This document shows positions 30,557-38,516 of a stretch of DNA of 56,296 nt, in pieces. A model generated the notes under the pieces. The model worked only from the letters and a program-made list of their open reading frames with translations. It made no database searches and had not been told where the DNA came from. The stretch covers positions 135,671 to 191,966 of the forward strand of contig CAYGZP010000002.1 of NCBI GenBank assembly GCA_964354405.1, written 5' to 3'. Numbering within the stretch: the stretch's first letter is position 1; every line of letters begins with the position of its first letter. Origin of the DNA: Candidatus Woesearchaeota archaeon (lineage in GTDB: Archaea; Nanobdellota; Nanobdellia; Pacearchaeales; UBA284). The translations under genes were made by a program, and so were the position numbers.

Positions 30557-30585
30557 ATATAACATAATTAGTTATTATGTTAAAG
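30557..30585. promoter_or_regulatory. dif-like tyrosine-recombinase site candidate
   Basis: ATATAACATAA-TTAGTTA-TTATGTTAAAG; right arm matches the E. coli XerD arm TTATGTTAAAT at 10/11. Confidence 0.45.
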
Positions 30586-30824
30586 ATGATATTTCTCTAT
30601 AGGGAGAATTTATTTTCTGTATACAGAATATCACTTAAACCCTTAAATCCATTTGACAATAGGACTTAATGTCAAATTTTTTGAAAATAAAAAGAGTATT
30701 TTCGCAGATTTAGGTTTTATAATGTTGTTTAGACTTGAAATAAGCCACAAGGACGAGCTTTTCTTAATTCAGAGAGGAAAACTATTGCCCTGCGAAATTA
30801 TTGATTATTTTCCCTTTATAAAAA

Positions 30825-31319
30825 TTAATATTTTCTATTTTTTCTAGCTCTTTCTAACCCTTTCTTATATTCTTTCTCAGCTTTTTTGGCAAAGACTTTC
30901 TCTGCTTTAATTATTTCTTTAAAATCCCTTGAATCCACAAATTCTGAATAAGGAACAAGTTTTACACCAGAATGCAATTTTATAGCAATTTCCCGCCTTC
31001 CTTTTTCACTTATCCCTTCTTTTAATGTTATAAGCCTCAACCTCTTTAATTTACTTATATACTGTCTTATCAGAGAATAAGGAGCCTCGATTATTTTTGA
31101 TAGTTCCAAAGCATTTGTTTTATGTAAGTAGAAAAGAACGTCAAGGACTCTCCCCCTATTTGTGCTATTTAACGCTTTCTGGATCTTGTCACAATTTCTA
31201 TCATAAAATCCCCTAGTCTCAGTTATTGTGTAATCTGTAAAAAGACTTATTACATCTTCATCAAACTTTGGATGATAGCTATCAAAGTTTACTATCAAAG
31301 TTATGCTATCTTTTACCAT
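30825..31319 (-). CDS. Winged-helix DNA-binding protein
   Basis: ALNSTNRGRVL...NALELSKII...IRQYISKLKRLRLI ArsR-like wHTH. Confidence 0.7.
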   Translation of the reverse strand: MVKDSITLIVNFDSYHPKFDEDVISLFTDYTITETRGFYDRNCDKIQKALNSTNRGRVLDVLFYLHKTNALELSKIIEAPYSLIRQYISKLKRLRLITLKEGISEKGRREIAIKLHSGVKLVPYSEFVDSRDFKEIIKAEKVFAKKAEKEYKKGLERARKNRKY

Positions 31320-31364
31320 GCTATTTAAAGCAATAAGAGATTTATAAAACTATCTTAGTGACAC

Positions 31365-31438
31365 AAATATGATAATAAGAAAAATTTATAAAGCCCTACA
31401 GCTTGGCATTATTAGCATAAATGTGATAATAAGAAAAA
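31365..31438. promoter_or_regulatory. Two 20-bp direct repeats (AAATRTGATAATAAGAAAAA) in a divergent promoter
   Basis: Copies at 31365-31384 and 31419-31438, 19/20 identical, flanking a TTTATAAA box. Confidence 0.6.
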
Positions 31439-31439
31439 A

Positions 31440-31679
31440 ATGAAACTTAAAAATTGGGCTTATGTTAAACATAAAAATACTGAAGAAAAAAGCTTAATCC
31501 TCGCAGACAAAGTAGAGTATATAAAAAATAAGAAAGGCGACTTCTTTGATCATCACTTGATGTTCTATTCAGGAGGATATATTCTTATATTTAAGGTCTG
31601 GTTAAAAAACGGCCTAAAAGATAAACCATACAAAAATGTAAAAGAAGCCTGCAGGGATGTTGGGATCACGATAAAATGA
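31440..31679 (+). CDS. Hypothetical protein
   Basis: First of four tightly coupled ORFs. Confidence 0.6.
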   Translation: MKLKNWAYVKHKNTEEKSLILADKVEYIKNKKGDFFDHHLMFYSGGYILIFKVWLKNGLKDKPYKNVKEACRDVGITIK

Positions 31680-31921
31680 AAAAAGAGAAAAGACTAATAC
31701 AATTGAAAAAAACTTTGAAAGTAGTTCAGAGGCATTTGCGATATTGGTTAGCAAAGAAAAAAGCAATAGAAAAAATTCCCTTCAAATCACACACCCCAGA
31801 ATCAGAACGACTTAAACAAAAAGCAGAAAACATAGATTATATGATCAGGGAGCGGGGGACATTCGCAAAAAATTTGAAGCAAGAAATCAAGCGATTAGAG
31901 AAAAAACAAAAGAAAAAATGA
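31676..31921 (+). CDS. Basic coiled-coil hypothetical protein
   Basis: 4-bp overlaps on both sides. Confidence 0.6.
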   Translation: MKKEKRLIQLKKTLKVVQRHLRYWLAKKKAIEKIPFKSHTPESERLKQKAENIDYMIRERGTFAKNLKQEIKRLEKKQKKK

Positions 31922-32148
31922 AAAAAATTATAAAAGAATTCATCGGAACTGATAAAGATAAAATGGATCTTGCTATAAAGACTATTCAAAAATTGGAATC
32001 AGGATTTGATAAATTTATCCCAGTAGATAAGCTTGCAGAAAATTTAAAGAAACAAATGACTTTTGAAGAATTAAATAGAATATTAGATAAAATGCTAAGA
32101 TTAGGCGAGATTTTTTATCCAAAGAAAGACTTTATTCAGAGAGTTTAA
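31918..32148 (+). CDS. Stand-alone winged helix resembling the archaeal MCM C-terminal domain
   Basis: LDKMLRLGEIFYPKKDFIQRV resembles MCM C-terminal G(D/E)IFEPxxGxIxxI. Confidence 0.6.
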   Translation: MKKIIKEFIGTDKDKMDLAIKTIQKLESGFDKFIPVDKLAENLKKQMTFEELNRILDKMLRLGEIFYPKKDFIQRV

Positions 32149-32158
32149 AAAGAGACAA

Positions 32159-32515
32159 ATGAAAAAACATCTCTTATTTTTATGTTCTGCAAATCTCGAC
32201 AGAAGTCCTACTGCTGAATCTTTATTCAAGAATCATCCGAATTATAAGGCAAGATCTGCAGGGATTTCAGAATTAGCCAAAAAACAAGTTACTAAAGACA
32301 TGGTAGCTTGGGCAGATATAATATTTGTAATGGATGAGAGAAATGAGCAACATAAGACCCAACTCGTGAAGAAATTTCCAGAGGCTTGGAACAAACAAAT
32401 TGTTATTCTTGGCATTCCAAATGAGTTCATAAGAAATGATCCTGAATTAACGAAATTATTAAAATTAAAGCTAAATGATTATTTAGAGGAACAAATACCC
32501 CCATCACTAACTTAA
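32159..32515 (+). CDS. Low-molecular-weight PTP-like phosphatase
   Basis: LLFLCSANLDRSPTAE, RSAG, WADIIFVM, LGIPNEF. Confidence 0.85.
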   Translation: MKKHLLFLCSANLDRSPTAESLFKNHPNYKARSAGISELAKKQVTKDMVAWADIIFVMDERNEQHKTQLVKKFPEAWNKQIVILGIPNEFIRNDPELTKLLKLKLNDYLEEQIPPSLT

Positions 32516-32517
32516 AC

Positions 32518-32532
32518 CCCTCCCCGCGCTTT
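32518..32532 (+). repeat. attR core CCCTCCCCGCGCTTT
   Basis: Exact copy of the tRNA-Cys 3' end (17825-17839), followed by a T-tract. Confidence 0.88.
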
Positions 32533-32666
32533 TTTTATCTTTCTTTATTTAATTCTCCCCTCCTGCCTCCGCCGCTTCGAACTCACTCAAAGTTAGTAAA
32601 ACTTTTTGCAAAAACTTTAAAAACTATAACTGTCTTAATACCATAATTAAATCTAAAGGAGGTAAA

Positions 32667-33011
32667 ATGCCTAAAAAGAAAAATTTGCTTGGAGCATGGG
32701 CCTTTCTTATAGGAGTGATCCTTGCAGTGATATTCGCATTTGTTGCCGGCGGCGCATGGTTAGGATGGGCGTTAGTGGTAATTGGCTTGATAATCGGCCT
32801 ATTGAACATCGCTGACACAGAAGTTCAGCCATTTTTGATTGCAGGCGCGATACTAGTAATCATCAGTTATTTCGGCGGCGCTGTCTTTGCTAATCTAAAG
32901 ATAGCAGACGTAGCATTCTTCAAAAACATCTTAGACAACATGCTTTATTTGTTTGTGCCAGCAACAATAATCGTTGCTCTCAAGTCAGTATTTAGCATGG
33001 CAAAAGGTTAG
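32667..33011 (+). CDS. Small multi-TM membrane protein
   Basis: GGAGG RBS; four hydrophobic segments; T-rich terminator downstream. Confidence 0.8.
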   Translation: MPKKKNLLGAWAFLIGVILAVIFAFVAGGAWLGWALVVIGLIIGLLNIADTEVQPFLIAGAILVIISYFGGAVFANLKIADVAFFKNILDNMLYLFVPATIIVALKSVFSMAKG

Positions 33012-33072
33012 AACTTTCCTTTCTTCTTTTTTATTTTTTTCTTTTTTTCTCTTTTTTTATTTTTTATAAGAA

Positions 33073-33441
33073 TTATTGTGTAGGCATATCAAGATATTGG
33101 CCAAAATCTATAAGACTTTCTGTGCTATCCAAACCCCTTTCTCTCCTTTGTTTATATATTTTTGGAATTTCTTTGAGATATCTACAAAATTCATAAAGAG
33201 TAGTATAACTAACCCCGGTTGCAATTCCGGCGAATGTGCCCCCAAGCATGGATGCTGTCATACTTAAAAAGTTCAAACCATACTCAATTCCTTCAGGAAG
33301 ATTCAAAGATTCGATCCCTTTTATCCCAGCATTCGCTAAAAAAAATCCTGCAACACAGCCAGCCAAACCCCCTATGATTGCGCTATTAGTACAATTTTTA
33401 GATAACTTACTTAGGTTGCTAATAAATTTTTTCTTTTTCAT
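33073..33441 (-). CDS. Hypothetical membrane protein
   Basis: Two Gly-rich hydrophobic helices. Confidence 0.55.
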   Translation of the reverse strand: MKKKKFISNLSKLSKNCTNSAIIGGLAGCVAGFFLANAGIKGIESLNLPEGIEYGLNFLSMTASMLGGTFAGIATGVSYTTLYEFCRYLKEIPKIYKQRRERGLDSTESLIDFGQYLDMPTQ

Positions 33442-33686
33442 TTTATCATAGAATCAATTAACCGATAAATATTGTATCCTAATGTACCAGCCATATAATA
33501 AGCTCCTAATCTAACTAATTCTAAAAAACCCATTGCCCCGTAAGCTACAGTTTTTGGCTCTGAACGCATGTTCCTTTTCTTTGCATATTTATGTGCATAT
33601 CTTAAAAGACTTGTAGGGACAAAAATAAGGTCTAAAGTCTCAGCAACTTTTTTTACTCCTTTTAATTTATCTTGTAAGTTGCCCAT
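33438..33686 (-). CDS. Hypothetical protein
   Basis: Coupled to neighbour by a 4-bp overlap. Confidence 0.55.
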   Translation of the reverse strand: MGNLQDKLKGVKKVAETLDLIFVPTSLLRYAHKYAKKRNMRSEPKTVAYGAMGFLELVRLGAYYMAGTLGYNIYRLIDSMIK

Positions 33687-33700
33687 TTTTTAAGAAAAAC

Positions 33701-34498
33701 TTAAGCAGCATGCCAGACTGGAGATAAAAATGTGCTTAATGCTCTGCTGAAGAATGGGCTGTCCATCCATACAGCTATTTCCTTGTCTTCCTCTGTGTCA
33801 GGAGTTGTGAACACAAGTAATTTAGAATTATCAACGATGCAGAATTTTGCATTGATTTTTATTCTTTTGACTGGAACTCCCAAATCTTTTGCCAAGGCCG
33901 TAACATTGAACTTACTCTCTGAATTTGGGTTGTCGCTCACTGCTATATGTATGTTGACTCCCTGTGACTTGAGTTTGTCGAACAAAGGTTTCAAAAAGTG
34001 AATCTTGTTTTTCAAAGCTTCTGGAGTTGAAACAATTGTGACATCTTTTTGAGCATTTGTGATTAATTCTTTCATGTGAGTATAAATATTTTGTCTGCCT
34101 TTAATTGAAGATGTCAAATCTTCTGGCTGTATAGGTTTGATTCCTCTGCTGTGTAAAAGTTCTAAGTCTTTGTATTCTTGGCTCTCTTTTATTGAAGATA
34201 GGTTTTTTGCTCTTTCCTCAGCGTCTCTTAAAGCATTGTTTTTCATATGCTCAATGACAACTGCCGGTTTTACAGCGATATATTTTACTGGTTTGCCCAG
34301 TTTTGCTATGGCAAATCCTTGTTTTTCTAAAGACTCAAGAACATCATAGACTCTGCTTCTTGGCACTCCGCTCATTTCAGCGATTTCGCCGACTGTAGCT
34401 ATAGATTTGTTCAATAAAGCAAGCCAAACTTTACTTTCGTAGATGTTTAATCCGAAATGATACTTGATTTTCCTTATCAAATCTGTTTTAACTACCAT
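33701..34498 (-). CDS. TrmB-family transcriptional regulator
   Basis: GLNIYESKVWLALL, SGVPRSRVYDVLESLEKQG, PVKYIAV; C-terminal effector domain. Confidence 0.9.
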   Translation of the reverse strand: MVVKTDLIRKIKYHFGLNIYESKVWLALLNKSIATVGEIAEMSGVPRSRVYDVLESLEKQGFAIAKLGKPVKYIAVKPAVVIEHMKNNALRDAEERAKNLSSIKESQEYKDLELLHSRGIKPIQPEDLTSSIKGRQNIYTHMKELITNAQKDVTIVSTPEALKNKIHFLKPLFDKLKSQGVNIHIAVSDNPNSESKFNVTALAKDLGVPVKRIKINAKFCIVDNSKLLVFTTPDTEEDKEIAVWMDSPFFSRALSTFLSPVWHAA

Positions 34499-34499
34499 T

Positions 34500-34670
34500 T
34501 TACAAAAAGTGGATTATATCGTCTCCAGATTTAGGTTCATCTGATCTATCATCATCGGTTATAAAATGAATTATATCTTTTTCACCTGAAATAGTGTCTT
34601 CAATTGTGCTTCTACGCTTATATTCATCAGGTCTCTCTTGCTGTTGTTCTGGTAATATATATTGTGACAT
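34500..34670 (-). CDS. 56-aa acidic hypothetical protein (below ORF-track cutoff)
   Basis: MSQYILPEQQQ...SGEKDIIHF...SGDDIIHFL; ends 1 bp before the TrmB ATG. Confidence 0.55.
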   Translation of the reverse strand: MSQYILPEQQQERPDEYKRRSTIEDTISGEKDIIHFITDDDRSDEPKSGDDIIHFL

Positions 34671-34862
34671 TTTATTTTTTACTATTTCTTAAGGACAACA
34701 CCCTTTATAAACTTTTCGTTAGTTTCCCTATTATATAGTGATTACAATAGCCCAATGCGGGCATAACAAGGACGATAAACCTCGTGAGAATTAGAAAGAT
34801 TTAAAAACTATCTTTCACGACTACTTTTATTGAAGCTCATCGAAGCTTGAATCGCCCAAAAA

Positions 34863-35072
34863 ATGCATGTTCTGCAGTCAAAACATATCAAATTAAAGCC
34901 AGAAGAGGCTAAAGTTTTACTTGAAAAGTTAAACATCTCTCCATCTCAACTGCCAAAAATAAGAAAAAAAGATTTTGCTCTTTCCGACGATATCCTCATT
35001 GGCAGCATCGTAAAAATAGAGAGAAAAACCGAGACAGGGAAAGTCAACTACTACAGGGTTGTCGTCCCATAG
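34863..35072 (+). CDS. rpoH: RNA polymerase subunit H (Rpo5)
   Basis: HVLQSKH, QLPKI, YYRVV. Confidence 0.93.
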   Translation: MHVLQSKHIKLKPEEAKVLLEKLNISPSQLPKIRKKDFALSDDILIGSIVKIERKTETGKVNYYRVVVP

Positions 35073-35083
35073 TTCTTTGAAAA

Positions 35084-36628
35084 ATGTCAAAAAAAACCAA
35101 TAAACAAGGAGAAAAAAATGTCGTAAGTATGAGTGACATCGAGAGCAAAAGAGTCTTTCAAACAGAACACGCAGAAGACGCTGAGAAAAAAAAGAAGCAC
35201 ATTTTAATCAAAAAATATTTGCAGCAGCATTCTCTTATCGAATCCAATATTCTTTCATTCAGCGATTTTATCGACCACAAATTACAGCAGATTGTCGATT
35301 CTATAAATGAGGAGATAAATCGAGAGGAAATCGAGTTATGGCTGGGCAAAATCAGCGTAGGAAAGCCACAAATCATCGAGGCAGATGGCTCTACAAGAAA
35401 TATTTTCCCAATCGAGGCAAAACTAAGAAAAATAACCTATTCCGCCCCCGTGTATCTAGAAGTTGGAATAGGCAACAAAGAGTATACAGTTGTAGAGATG
35501 GGCAAAATTCCAATTATGGTTAAGAGCAAATATTGCAATTTGAATGGTTTAAGTTCTGAAGAGCTTGTAAAAAATTATGAGGATCCAAATGATCCTGGCG
35601 GCTACTTTATCATCAACGGCAACGAGCGAATTCTAGTTATGATTGAAGATTTAGCACAGAATCAGGCATTCATAGAGAAAACAGCAAAAGGACTATCATT
35701 AAGACTGTTCTCTACAAGGGGATCGTATAGAATCCCTATAACAATAAACCAAACTCCAGATGGATTGTTGCTCACTTCTTTCTCAAGATTCAAAAATTTG
35801 CCTGCTGTTTTGCTTGCAAAGGCATTGGGATTGACAAAAGATTCAGAAATTGCCGCGCTGATAAACAAAGAATCAGATGCTCTCATAGTTAACTTGTATG
35901 AGTTTGCCTCAATCCAAGATACTGAAACAGCGATAATGACTATAGCAGAGAGAATGGCGATTCAAGGAACAAAGAAAGAGATAATGGACAGAGTCAAGTC
36001 AAGGTTAGATTCAACTTTCCTTTCTCATATAGGCACAAAACCTGAGAACAGGAAAGAAAAAGCAATAACATTATGCAAGCTTATCAAGCATTTCCTTATT
36101 GCCAAAGAGCTGAAGTTTGAGAGTGACAAGGATCATTATGCAAACAAAAGAATAAGAATGAGTGGAGATTTGCTGACAGATTTGTTCCGAGTGAACTTGA
36201 CAATTTTCATTCGAGACTTGCAGCATAACTTGCAGAAAATAGCGAGAAAGAAAAAATTCTATTCAGTCAAAAGCTTAGCCAAATCAACTTTATTTTCGCA
36301 CAGGATTGAAAGTGCAGTGGCAACTGGCTCGTGGATAGGCCAGAGAAGTGGGGTTACACAGAACATGGACAAGACAAATGGCTTGGCAGTTCTATCACAA
36401 TTGCAACGAGTTGTTAGTTTGTTGCCTTCAGAGCAAGAGAACTTCAAAGCAAGAACATTGCATCCAACACATTACGGAAGGTTCTGCCCTATTGAAACTC
36501 CTGAGGGAACAAGCATTGGATTGAGAAAAAACTTATCTATGTTGGCAAGAGTAAGCACAACCCCAAAAGCCAATGATAAAGATATCATCGCTACATTAGA
36601 AAAATCAGGATTGAAGATAATCAGATAA
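35084..36628 (+). CDS. rpoB2: RNA polymerase subunit B'' (Rpo2N)
   Basis: DPGGYFIINGNER, DKDHYANKR, LHPTHYGRFCPIETPEG. Confidence 0.96.
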   Translation: MSKKTNKQGEKNVVSMSDIESKRVFQTEHAEDAEKKKKHILIKKYLQQHSLIESNILSFSDFIDHKLQQIVDSINEEINREEIELWLGKISVGKPQIIEADGSTRNIFPIEAKLRKITYSAPVYLEVGIGNKEYTVVEMGKIPIMVKSKYCNLNGLSSEELVKNYEDPNDPGGYFIINGNERILVMIEDLAQNQAFIEKTAKGLSLRLFSTRGSYRIPITINQTPDGLLLTSFSRFKNLPAVLLAKALGLTKDSEIAALINKESDALIVNLYEFASIQDTETAIMTIAERMAIQGTKKEIMDRVKSRLDSTFLSHIGTKPENRKEKAITLCKLIKHFLIAKELKFESDKDHYANKRIRMSGDLLTDLFRVNLTIFIRDLQHNLQKIARKKKFYSVKSLAKSTLFSHRIESAVATGSWIGQRSGVTQNMDKTNGLAVLSQLQRVVSLLPSEQENFKARTLHPTHYGRFCPIETPEGTSIGLRKNLSMLARVSTTPKANDKDIIATLEKSGLKIIR

Positions 36629-36653
36629 AAATAAAAAACAGATAAAAAATAAA

Positions 36654-38453
36654 ATGGTAGATGTATTTTATAACGGAAGGTTCATAGGCGAGGCAGAGAA
36701 TCCAGAGTTATTTATACAAACTTTGCGCGAGAAGAGAAGGGCAGGCGAGTTGCCTTTAGAATTAAGTGCAAGATATGACAAGGCAATAAACTTGATTTTC
36801 CTGACAACAGACACTGGCAGAGTTCTCAGGCCATTAGTGATTGTAAAAGACGGCAAGCCATTGCTTAAAGAAGAGCATCTCGAATCTTTAGCTAGGGATG
36901 AGTTAAACTGGGATGACTTGTTGAACTTGGGGATTATAGAATATGTAGATGCCGCCGAGGAAGATAATCTGCTAGTGGCAATGAAACCCGAGCAAATTAC
37001 TCCCGAGCACACACACCTTGAGATTGATCCTATAGCAATGTTTGGTTTAATAACATCATTAGTTCCATTCGCCAATCACGATCACAGTTCAAGATTGAAC
37101 AGAGGAAGCAAAACACAGAAGCAATCTCTAGGATTATATGCTGCGAATTATTTAGATTTGATTGATACTGATGTAAGCTTGTTACATTATCCTCAAAAGC
37201 CGATTGTCCGCTCATTTGTCTACGATACTATCAAGAATTTCTATCCAGCAGGACAAAATGTTATAGTCGCGATAATGCCTTTCGAAGGTTATAATGTCAG
37301 CGACGCAATCATAATAAACAAAGCATCAATGGACAGGGGATTAGGAAGAAGCACATACTTCCGCCCATACACTTCAATAGAGCTTCATTACACAGGCAAT
37401 TTGAAAGATGAGATATGTATCCCTACAAAAGATATCGGCGGCTACAGAACAGAAAAAAGTTATAGATATTTGGAAGAGGATGGGATTGTTTATCCCGAGG
37501 CTGATTTAGAAGAAGAGGATGTCGCCATAGGCAAGGTTTCTCCGCCCAAGTTCTTGTTAGAGATGGAAGAGATTTCTCTTGCAAAGTCAAAAAAAGAAAA
37601 CAGTACAATCATAAGGCAGAGCGAGCGAGGAACAGTTGATGCGGTTTTCGTGACAGTTGACAGCGAGGGGCACAAGATTGTCCAAGTCAGAACTCGCGAC
37701 AACAGATTCCCTGAGCTCGGAGACAAGTTCGCGACATGCCACGGACAGAAAGGAGTTATCGGAATGATTGCAAACGAAGAGGATGTTCCATTCACAGCCA
37801 GAGGTGTCAAACCCGATATTATATTCAATCCTCACAGCGTTCCTAGCAGAATGACTGTATCATATTTAATCGAACTTCTCGCAGGCAAGACAGCTTGCTT
37901 GAAAGGTTCTACAGTGGATGGCACAGCATTTTCAGGCCAGCATATAGAAGAATTAGAAAAATTCCTTACAGAAATGGGTTTCAGGCAGGATGGCAAGGAA
38001 ACTTTATATGATGGTTTGACAGGAAAGCCTCTCGAAGCAAAGATTTTCGTCGGAAACATGTATTATCTCAAGTTGAAATATATGGTTGCAAACAAGATAC
38101 AGATGCGAGCGAGTGGCAAGATAACACTTTTGACAAGACAGCCAGTTGAAGGAAGAGCAAAAGGCGGGGCTCTTAGATTAGGGGAGATGGAGAAAGATGC
38201 TCTTGTGGCACATGGCGCTTCATTGTTGCTCAAAGAAAGATTCAGCTCAGACAATATAATTGTTCATATCTGTCCTAAATGCGGAGCATTCGGAATCCGC
38301 GATAAATTAAGAAAGAGAGAAATCTGTCCTCTCTGCGGCAACAGCAAACTCGAGCCTCTTGAAATCTCTTATGCCTCAAAGTTATTGATGGAAGAGCTGG
38401 TTTCACTACATTTATTCCCGCATCTCATACTAAAAAACAAATACGAGGATTAA
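36654..38453 (+). CDS. rpoB1: RNA polymerase subunit B' (Rpo2C)
   Basis: GDKFATCHGQKG, NPHSVPSRMT, RQPVEGRAKGGALRLGEME. Confidence 0.96.
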   Translation: MVDVFYNGRFIGEAENPELFIQTLREKRRAGELPLELSARYDKAINLIFLTTDTGRVLRPLVIVKDGKPLLKEEHLESLARDELNWDDLLNLGIIEYVDAAEEDNLLVAMKPEQITPEHTHLEIDPIAMFGLITSLVPFANHDHSSRLNRGSKTQKQSLGLYAANYLDLIDTDVSLLHYPQKPIVRSFVYDTIKNFYPAGQNVIVAIMPFEGYNVSDAIIINKASMDRGLGRSTYFRPYTSIELHYTGNLKDEICIPTKDIGGYRTEKSYRYLEEDGIVYPEADLEEEDVAIGKVSPPKFLLEMEEISLAKSKKENSTIIRQSERGTVDAVFVTVDSEGHKIVQVRTRDNRFPELGDKFATCHGQKGVIGMIANEEDVPFTARGVKPDIIFNPHSVPSRMTVSYLIELLAGKTACLKGSTVDGTAFSGQHIEELEKFLTEMGFRQDGKETLYDGLTGKPLEAKIFVGNMYYLKLKYMVANKIQMRASGKITLLTRQPVEGRAKGGALRLGEMEKDALVAHGASLLLKERFSSDNIIVHICPKCGAFGIRDKLRKREICPLCGNSKLEPLEISYASKLLMEELVSLHLFPHLILKNKYED

Positions 38454-38516
38454 ACAAAAAACAAAAGCATAAAATAAACAAAATAAAACCAAAAAAACAA
38501 AGACAAAAAATAAAAA

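Larger units (their letters stand above)
17825..32532. mobile_element. Integrative island at the tRNA-Cys 3' end (about 14.7 kb)
   Basis: Integrase next to the tRNA; 15-bp direct repeat at both ends; accessory/defence cargo; visibly AT-richer than the rpo operon. Confidence 0.88.

Noticed and set aside
30653..30847. 64-aa TTG-start ORF
   Set aside because: Weak start, no motifs, and it overlaps the palindrome cluster and a convergent gene end
17874..32515. Provirus or conjugative element
   Set aside because: No recognisable capsid, packaging ATPase, VirB4/relaxase or polymerase gene
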